Shown: one piece after another, positions 54,502 through 60,700 of the stretch
How positions within the stretch are numbered: position 1 is the first letter of the stretch
Layout of the letters: every line of letters begins with the position of its first letter
Source of the DNA: a virus
Taxonomy: Duplodnaviria > Caudoviricetes
IMG/VR virus record: IMGVR_UViG_3300046495_000014
Location: 1-64,000 of that record
Reading direction: 5' to 3' (one strand)
DNA length: 64,000 nt
Made by a program: the position numbers and the translations under genes
Notes under the pieces: generated by a model
The model's input: the letters and a program-made list of their open reading frames with translations, nothing else
Databases searched by the model: none
What the model was told of the DNA's origin: nothing

Positions 54502-55272
54502 TCACGCGGCCTTCAGCGCTGTCATGTCCGCGGTCCACGTAGCCAGATCGACGCCCGCGATCGTCATGTTGTTCGCGATGTAGTCGGGCGACTGGATGCA
54601 GTAAACCTCGGTGCAGTACTTATCGAAAAAGGCCCAGGTCATTTCCTGCGGCTCGCCCCACGTCCGGCAGATCGGATTGCCCGCCTTCGATACGCCTTGG
54701 AACGTAACGCAGTGACCGCCAGCGAATCCGCCGTCGTTCGCGAGGACGTCCCACAGTTTCGGGTACATCTGGTCCCAAATCGAATTCGGCAGGTCGAACG
54801 CCGTATAGATCCCGCCGAACAGATAGATCGCGGCGCGCACCATGTAATGGTGCTTCGGATTGATCGCGGCGTACGCGCCGATCTTCCGCCCAGCGATGCC
54901 CGTCCGCTGCCAGTACGACAGTGCAGACAGTAGATCCCAGCCCTGATCTGTACTCGGATCGGCGGGGTTGTAGCCCGCGCCCTTTTCGTAAACCGACAGG
55001 ATGTCCGCGTCGGTTACCGTCGCGATCGACCGCCCTAGCGATAGGTTCGCGGTCCACGACCGCTCCATCTTCGCCATGGCAGCGACTACGCAGTCGCCTA
55101 GGGAATTGTTCAGGTCGACCGAATCCGGTACGCACATCATCCAGTCGAACCCGGGGGGGACGAATTCCGTGAACTCTTGCGTCGCGTAGTTTTCTAGTTT
55201 CAGAACCTTCGCCAGCTTCTCGGGCTTCGCGGGGTTCGCGCCGTAACGGACGCCGTTTTGATCCAAGATCAT
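54502..55272 (-). CDS. Papain-like (C1-type) cysteine peptidase
   Basis: NNSLGDCVVAA (Cys), AGGHCV (His), ICRTWG. Confidence 0.75.
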   Translation of the reverse strand: MILDQNGVRYGANPAKPEKLAKVLKLENYATQEFTEFVPPGFDWMMCVPDSVDLNNSLGDCVVAAMAKMERSWTANLSLGRSIATVTDADILSVYEKGAGYNPADPSTDQGWDLLSALSYWQRTGIAGRKIGAYAAINPKHHYMVRAAIYLFGGIYTAFDLPNSIWDQMYPKLWDVLANDGGFAGGHCVTFQGVSKAGNPICRTWGEPQEMTWAFFDKYCTEVYCIQSPDYIANNMTIAGVDLATWTADMTALKAA

Positions 55273-55273
55273 C

Positions 55274-55801
55274 TTACAGTCTCCCGCAGCCTAGGCCGCA
55301 CTTGGTTTGCAGTTCCGACTTCGACGCCGCGTTCGCCAGGCACGGGACGTCACAGGTCACTTTCGAATTCGAACATCGTAGCTTCAGCGACGCCGCGCAG
55401 TTCGTCGGGGTACCCTCGGGGCATCCAAGTCGCTTGACGTTCGCGCACGCCGCGTCTTCGATCGCCAGGCTCCCGCCCGCCGCGGTAGTCCCGCCGACGC
55501 TAGGAGAGCCGCCCATCGACGTCGTACCGCCAGCGCTCGTGGTTCCTCCCGCAGCGGGGGGCGGGGGGTTGGGGTTAGGTATCGGGTGGCAGGCTAACGC
55601 CCAGCCCAAGCAGCCGTACACCAGTTGTCGCGTCTTCATGTCGTCCTTGTAGGGGGTGGTGAGTATGGCCTGGCATTTCGCCGGCACTGAATTGCAGTTC
55701 GTCGCCGCTATCGGTTTCGACGTCAGTAGTTCGTCGGTCGAACCCGGATCGGTCGGCGCGCACGCGGTTAGTCCCAACAGAATCAGAATCGCTAATCGCA
55801 T
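55274..55801 (-). CDS. Cys-rich lipoprotein with Gly/Thr linker
   Basis: Lipobox LTAC; AGGTTSAGGTTSMGG linker; 8-Cys C-terminal module. Confidence 0.75.
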   Translation of the reverse strand: MRLAILILLGLTACAPTDPGSTDELLTSKPIAATNCNSVPAKCQAILTTPYKDDMKTRQLVYGCLGWALACHPIPNPNPPPPAAGGTTSAGGTTSMGGSPSVGGTTAAGGSLAIEDAACANVKRLGCPEGTPTNCAASLKLRCSNSKVTCDVPCLANAASKSELQTKCGLGCGRL

Positions 55802-55824
55802 CGGCCGAGGGTAGCACCGGGCCC

Positions 55825-55846
55825 GACGCCGGATCGATCCGGCGTC
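55825..55846. repeat. 22-bp palindrome, exact copy at divergent promoter
   Basis: GTGCTACCCT-N6-ATG on minus side; 17-bp operator promoter on plus side. Confidence 0.97.
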
Positions 55847-55865
55847 GACGATTGTTGTGGACTAG

Positions 55866-55882
55866 TGGAGCACGGTGCGCCA
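55866..55882 (+). promoter_or_regulatory. 17-bp operator-like palindrome
   Basis: TGGAGCACGGTGCGCCA preceded by TGTTGTGGACTAG. Confidence 0.7.
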
Positions 55883-55916
55883 TTAGTAGGGAGTCACGGG
55901 GAAGGAATCAGCCAGC

Positions 55917-56147
55917 ATGACCGACCTAACGAAAACCCTAAGCGCTATCACCGCCGAGATCGACGGCCGAGGGAACGGGCTTCCCATCGTCGGCGACTAC
56001 GTTCCAGCGGACGACGGTAACCTGTACCGCGTCGCCGCGATTATCAGCCGCGAAACCTCGCAGCGACTGATCGCGATCGTAACCGTCGCCCCTTGGAATT
56101 CCTGTTCTGACGACGACTGGTTCCCCGCCGCTACCCGAATCCTGTAA
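55917..56147 (+). CDS. Small plus-strand hypothetical protein
   Basis: GGAAGGAA RBS after operator promoter. Confidence 0.65.
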   Translation: MTDLTKTLSAITAEIDGRGNGLPIVGDYVPADDGNLYRVAAIISRETSQRLIAIVTVAPWNSCSDDDWFPAATRIL

Positions 56148-56151
56148 TCCC

Positions 56152-56442
56152 ATGGCCCACACAATCGCCGATACCCTAGACGCCATCGACAGTCTTTACA
56201 TCGCAGCCAGTCGCGCGAACCAGCAACCCCTAGCGAAGAACTGCGAACGGGTCGTCGAATCATGCGCAGTTCTTCGCGACATCAGCACCGGCCGTAAACT
56301 ATCGATGCGCGATCTCGAGATCACAGCCGGTAAGTACGTCGAACTGGTTTGCGAATCCTTAGACCTTCAGGCCGCTGGAAACTTCGGTCGATTCGGTTAC
56401 GTCACCACCGAGCACAACGGCCATAAGGTCTTCGCGCGCTAA
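56152..56442 (+). CDS. Plus-strand hypothetical protein (96 aa)
   Basis: Follows 55917 ORF by 4 nt; converges on SLT-like gene. Confidence 0.6.
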   Translation: MAHTIADTLDAIDSLYIAASRANQQPLAKNCERVVESCAVLRDISTGRKLSMRDLEITAGKYVELVCESLDLQAAGNFGRFGYVTTEHNGHKVFAR

Positions 56443-57266
56443 CGCACCGCTCGCGCCAGGGCGTCCCGTACCGCCAAGAACGTCGACGCTCGGATCGACG
56501 TCTTGCCGGCGTTGACGGCGCGGCACGACGATCCGGATCCGTACATCGAGTACATCGACCAGGCGTCGGACGCGAACGCGGGACCCGGGTTCAATCCCCG
56601 TTTCCGCAACGCCGCCGCTTCCGACTTCGCTTCCCAATCGCAGTGCGCCGACGCCGTAGCCAGCATGCGCAGGCCCGTCCGGAAACAGCGCACGAGGGAT
56701 TCGCGATCGCGCCCGACTAGGGTCCGCATCAGCGCCTCCCGCTCTTCTCCCCCCTGCGCCGCCGCGTTCCGCTCTGCGTCGGATAGATCGGGAACGAACC
56801 GCCAAGCGATAGCCGGATGGATCTGCATGAGGCACGCTTCGTTGCCCGGCCCCCGTCCCTGTCCGCCCGCGTCGTCCGGGTGCTTCGCTCGGCCACGCCC
56901 CGTCTGGACGTCCTCGCGCAATCCCGACTCGGGGATCGCCGCGCCGAACAGCGCAGTCAACGCGGTTCGGCGGTTCCAGCGCTTTACCGTCGCAGGGTAC
57001 GGCGTACATCCGTCGATCCGTTTCCCGTCGTCGTCCCGGCACAGTTCGGACTGCACGGCTTCGACTGCAGCGTCGGCGATCGTCGCGTACCGAAGGGCGC
57101 CTTCGTCCGCGGATTCCCTCTGCACCCATCCGTCGTAATACGTCGATCGCTGGTACCCGTCGCAGGCGTCCGCCCTACAGTCGACAGGGGACACGCTGAA
57201 CTTCGTGTTCCCCGGGGGTACCAGGACTAGCAGGGCGTGGAGTAACAGGGTGCCTAAAGTATTCAT
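56439..57266 (-). CDS. Lytic transglycosylase-like protein (endolysin candidate)
   Basis: AIPESG catalytic Glu-like and EACLMQI (GLMQ-like) motifs; hydrophobic N-terminus; TATTGT-N7-ATG. Confidence 0.6.
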   Translation of the reverse strand: MNTLGTLLLHALLVLVPPGNTKFSVSPVDCRADACDGYQRSTYYDGWVQRESADEGALRYATIADAAVEAVQSELCRDDDGKRIDGCTPYPATVKRWNRRTALTALFGAAIPESGLREDVQTGRGRAKHPDDAGGQGRGPGNEACLMQIHPAIAWRFVPDLSDAERNAAAQGGEEREALMRTLVGRDRESLVRCFRTGLRMLATASAHCDWEAKSEAAALRKRGLNPGPAFASDAWSMYSMYGSGSSCRAVNAGKTSIRASTFLAVRDALARAVR

Positions 57267-57320
57267 CGCCCCTACAATAGCGCGGTCAACCATCTTCAGC
57301 GTTCGCAACGGCGGCCATCG

Positions 57321-57491
57321 TCAACATGCGACGAACGATCCGTTGTCCCTTGGGGGTAAGCTCAACGCCGCCGTAACTAGCCGTTGGCAGTTCGGTAGCT
57401 TCACCTCGACGTGGCCGCCCCAGTTCCGGGCGATCGTCTGCGCGCACCCGGCGCTAAGTAGCAGCGCGATTACTAGGATCGCCCGATTCAT
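57321..57491 (-). pseudogene. Truncated phage lipoprotein (56 aa)
   Basis: MNRAILVIALLLSAGCAQTIARNWGGHVEVKLPNCQRLVT then unrelated tail. Confidence 0.45.
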
Positions 57492-57823
57492 TTCAACCCC
57501 AGCGCTTTCGCGTTCCGCGCCGCCCGCGCCTTCTGTTCCTTCTGTTGCTTCTTCGTCGGCGCCTTCAGCGGTAGGGGCAACTTCACATCGTCCCGCCAGC
57601 GCTCGCCCAATCGTCGATCCTTAGCCCACCAGGACAGTACGACGATCTTGCCGGTCGTCCCCGCCTGGTAGACTTCCGAGTCATCATGCAGGCAGGACGT
57701 CGGGATCCACAGCAGGTCGTCCTTCCCGTCGATCGCAACCTGGATCGCCGTCGGTCTGACAGCGACGCACTTCCCCGTCCCTATCTGTTCCCCGTCGTTC
57801 CCCGAATCCCTACGCGTTTCCAT
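57488..57823 (-). CDS. Hypothetical protein (small beta-barrel)
   Basis: Start reassigned to METRRDSG with GGAAAGGAA RBS; LLWIPTSCL. Confidence 0.6.
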   Translation of the reverse strand: METRRDSGNDGEQIGTGKCVAVRPTAIQVAIDGKDDLLWIPTSCLHDDSEVYQAGTTGKIVVLSWWAKDRRLGERWRDDVKLPLPLKAPTKKQQKEQKARAARNAKALGLK

Positions 57824-58565
57824 CGTGATGTTCCTTTCCGCAGTCGTGACAGTACCGTTGTTCTGTTGATATCCGCTCGTGCCCGCAAGATAACGCAGGC
57901 GGTCGAGATCCGAATTCCTTAGGTCGAGCATGGTTCAGCGATTCCAATCCTATTCGAGTCAAGGCGCTGGCAGCGGCCGCGTCGACTTCGGCCTTCGCCG
58001 CCGATACGCGTTCCACGACCGCTTCGTTCATCATTTCGACGACGAACGGTGCCGCGTCGGTTAGCTTCCGCGCGACCCGTTCGAACATGGCCGCGACTTC
58101 CGCGCGGTCGGTCTTCGTCAACGTCTTCTGTTTCAGGATCTCCCGCGCCCGCAGTAGGTCCGTCCCCAGTACGTCGGCCGCCGTCGCTTCCAGTTCCGAC
58201 TTGAACGTGGCCGCGATGTGCTCGACGCGCCCCGCCAGTTCGGGGGGCGGGGGGACGCTGCGGTTCTCCCATCGCCGTAGCGTCCCGGTGGTTCCGACGC
58301 CGACGTTCATCGTCGTTATCAGTTCGGCGAACTGCGCCGCGCTGAAGTCGATCTCGACTAGATCGCCGCCTAGCGCCCCGTCGTACCGGTCTCCGTGTTC
58401 GTCCCGCCGTAACGTCGCGCGACTGACCGTCAACGCCACGTACCCGTAGTGTTCAGGTATCTTCGTCCCGAACAACTGGGGATTCCCAGACCTGCGGGAG
58501 AACGCCGCGACTACGTACGACGGGTGCTTGAATTCGACTTCTGTGTCCCTACGCGTCCGCGTCAT
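57810..58565 (-). CDS. Phage hypothetical protein (251 aa)
   Basis: HPSY..FSRRSG..LFGT..SAAQFAELITTMNVG motif pattern; AGGAGG RBS. Confidence 0.7.
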   Translation of the reverse strand: MTRTRRDTEVEFKHPSYVVAAFSRRSGNPQLFGTKIPEHYGYVALTVSRATLRRDEHGDRYDGALGGDLVEIDFSAAQFAELITTMNVGVGTTGTLRRWENRSVPPPPELAGRVEHIAATFKSELEATAADVLGTDLLRAREILKQKTLTKTDRAEVAAMFERVARKLTDAAPFVVEMMNEAVVERVSAAKAEVDAAAASALTRIGLESLNHARPKEFGSRPPALSCGHERISTEQRYCHDCGKEHHDGNA

Positions 58566-58680
58566 CGCGAACCTCCTGATTCGGTTCGACGCCGGATCGA
58601 TCCGGCGTCGGTTCTTCTTCGTCTGCGTTCGGGATCGCCAACAGCGCGTCGACGATCGCCCCGTAATCGACTTCAGTCAT
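58549..58680 (-). CDS. 43-aa acidic peptide containing in-frame palindrome
   Basis: GCGCCATCGT-N8-ATG; MTEVDYGAIVDALLAIPNADEEEPTPDRSGVEPNQEVRDDADA. Confidence 0.45.
   Translation of the reverse strand: MTEVDYGAIVDALLAIPNADEEEPTPDRSGVEPNQEVRDDADA
58588..58609. repeat. 22-bp palindrome, exact copy flanked by GGTTC direct repeat
   Basis: ggttc-palindrome-ggttc. Confidence 0.97.
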
Positions 58681-58815
58681 ACCGGCTTACGATGGCGCGG
58701 TCGGGCGTCTTAGTCGATACGACGCCCGACGGACCGCGCGCCCGACACCTGTTCAAGTCCTTCAGAAACCGAACCCGCTGGGCGATCCGTTCCAGTCTAT
58801 CCAGTTTCATACAGC

Positions 58816-59004
58816 CTACATCGCTCGGTTGATCGTCAACTGGTACTGCGTCCCGTCCGCGAGGGTAACGACCAACCCGCGGTTCCGAGTCATGACGCCC
58901 GACTCTTCGAACGTGTGAACGGCCTTCAGATCGGGCATGTCCCCGGTCGACTCGGCTTCGAGTAGTAGGGCTTGAAGAGCGCATTCGAATTCTGATTCGG
59001 ACAT
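58816..59004 (-). CDS. Small hypothetical protein
   Basis: GGAAAGGAA RBS after operator promoter. Confidence 0.6.
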   Translation of the reverse strand: MSESEFECALQALLLEAESTGDMPDLKAVHTFEESGVMTRNRGLVVTLADGTQYQLTINRAM

Positions 59005-59040
59005 GTGGGGCTGATTCCTTTCCCGTCTGCCAGTCTGTTA

Positions 59041-59057
59041 TGGCGCACGGTGCGCCA
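59041..59057. promoter_or_regulatory. 17-bp operator-like palindrome (perfect)
   Basis: TGGCGCAC-G-GTGCGCCA; minus strand TGGACT-N17-CATAAC. Confidence 0.75.
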
Positions 59058-59321
59058 TTAGTCCACAACATTCGACGAGCGATCTGCGTCCGCCTGCATC
59101 GGGAGGTAGATCGCGTCCACGACGAATTCGTAGAACGCCCGCACCCCCGCTTCCCAGTGCCCCGTGGTGCGGTCGATAGCCTGCACGATAGCCGGTCCCC
59201 TACCTCGGACGTCGTACCCCGTCAGCCGCTCGAACTGCGCCAGCAACTCGGGTTCTTCCAGCGCCGCTAGTAGGCAGGTCATAAACAACTGCGGGTCGGT
59301 TACCCGACGGTGGATCCTCAT
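59058..59321 (-). CDS. Hypothetical protein
   Basis: MRIHRRVTDPQLF...; ATGA coupling. Confidence 0.55.
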   Translation of the reverse strand: MRIHRRVTDPQLFMTCLLAALEEPELLAQFERLTGYDVRGRGPAIVQAIDRTTGHWEAGVRAFYEFVVDAIYLPMQADADRSSNVVD

Positions 59322-59527
59322 GGCAACAGTTCCCCGTCGACGGATATCCGAATCCGATCCGCGAACCCGGCCCGCGCGTATCGGTCCGCGTCGATCGCGG
59401 TATCCCAAGCGCATACGACCGGCGAATCGAACGGAACCCACATCGGCGCCATCGGTCCGTGCCGGTCGTCGCCGAAGAACAGGTCACCGCGCTGAACGTG
59501 GAACCTCACGATGTAGTCGCGGCTCAT
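59318..59527 (-). CDS. Hypothetical protein
   Basis: MSRDYIVRFHVQRG...; ATGA coupling. Confidence 0.5.
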   Translation of the reverse strand: MSRDYIVRFHVQRGDLFFGDDRHGPMAPMWVPFDSPVVCAWDTAIDADRYARAGFADRIRISVDGELLP

Positions 59528-60078
59528 CGCCCCGCCGATAGCGTCCAGGCCGCCAGGGTCTGGGCCACGTCCGGGGGTATTCGCCAGAATCCGAGTTGCC
59601 CCTTGCAGGGTACAAACGGCGTTAGCCTGGCCGCGTCCGTCGTAAACCCGTGGTGGTTCCCAAAGTGCCATCGCTTCCGGGGCATCACTTCCGGTTTCAG
59701 GTAATCCGTAAACGTCGCCCGCCCGACTATCCCACCCCGGTTCAGCCCGGGTAGTTCGGCGGCTACGACTTGCTCCCACGTCGGGAATAGTTCGACCGGT
59801 CCGCCCCACGCGTTCCAGACCGTCTGGGCCTTGTCGTACAGCGGTCGTTTCGCTTTCGCCGACGCATGGATCCAGACCGGTCCCCGAAAGTTGATCTGCA
59901 CGAACCCGGTCGGGCGGTTCTCGACGTCCTTCCTATAAGGCGAGTCGATCAGCATGAGGTACGCCCAGGGCTGACAGATCGACAGCGCCCGCGCCGGAAT
60001 CCATACCGGGGAACGGTCGCCGACGACCACCAGTCGCTGCGTTCCGAATTCGTCCTTCGCGCGTTCGTCGGCGTTCAT
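59524..60078 (-). CDS. ASCH domain protein
   Basis: ALSICQPWAYL...KDVENRPT...FRGPVWIHAS...CKGQLGFW. Confidence 0.88.
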   Translation of the reverse strand: MNADERAKDEFGTQRLVVVGDRSPVWIPARALSICQPWAYLMLIDSPYRKDVENRPTGFVQINFRGPVWIHASAKAKRPLYDKAQTVWNAWGGPVELFPTWEQVVAAELPGLNRGGIVGRATFTDYLKPEVMPRKRWHFGNHHGFTTDAARLTPFVPCKGQLGFWRIPPDVAQTLAAWTLSAGR

Positions 60079-60449
60079 GACTTCGAACCCGCGTCGATCG
60101 ACGCCCGCAGTTGAGCGGCCTTCAGTTCCCCGGTTAGGTCGCGAACCTGATGGCGCATGTTCTCGTTGTGCGCGCGTTCAGCTTTGATCGTAGCGTCCCG
60201 ATCCCTAATCGCGGCGAGCAACGCCCGCGCGAAGTTCGCGCGGATAACGTCGGGCGCTCCCCCGACTTCTAGTTCGACGGTCAGGCCAACCGTTATCTTC
60301 GACCGCCCGCTGTTGGGGTGCGCGACGATGGTGGCAGTCACCAGTTCCTCGGCCGTCAACGGGATGGTTACCCCGTCGGGTAACGTTACGGTCGCCACGA
60401 CCGGCGTCGCTTCCGCCCATCGTACGTGCTCGCTGTCGAATCCTTTCAT
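60075..60449 (-). CDS. Hypothetical protein with C-terminal coiled coil
   Basis: Coupled in operon; GGAGGG RBS. Confidence 0.55.
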   Translation of the reverse strand: MKGFDSEHVRWAEATPVVATVTLPDGVTIPLTAEELVTATIVAHPNSGRSKITVGLTVELEVGGAPDVIRANFARALLAAIRDRDATIKAERAHNENMRHQVRDLTGELKAAQLRASIDAGSKS

Positions 60450-60661
60450 CGGCCATACCCTCCTTCGTCAGAGTACCAGAACACCCGAACCGTCAGGCGC
60501 GCCCAGCCCGACAGCGCGTAGCGGTTCCGCGTCGGTAGTCGCGTCCAGGTGTACCCGAACCGATCTCCGTTCCGCGTCCTATTCGACCAAGCCGGGCGGG
60601 ACTGCATGCCGCGGGGGAAGTACCAGAAGACCGGAAGACGAATCGCTAGGCCAGTTCGCAT
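60446..60661 (-). CDS. Small aromatic/basic hypothetical protein
   Basis: Palindrome-CGCGCCATAGT-N6-ATG. Confidence 0.55.
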   Translation of the reverse strand: MRTGLAIRLPVFWYFPRGMQSRPAWSNRTRNGDRFGYTWTRLPTRNRYALSGWARLTVRVFWYSDEGGYGR

Positions 60662-60678
60662 GCCCCTACTATGGCGCG

Positions 60679-60700
60679 GACGCCGGATCGATCCGGCGTC
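60679..60700. repeat. 22-bp palindrome, exact copy overlapping terL stop codon
   Basis: TGA at 60699-60701 shares 2 nt. Confidence 0.97.

Noticed and set aside
58583-58614. 22-bp palindrome as a MITE/IS end with target-site duplication
   Set aside because: Only this copy has a clear 5-bp flanking repeat; the other flanks show no consistent TSD and no transposase is present. Kept only as a hint.
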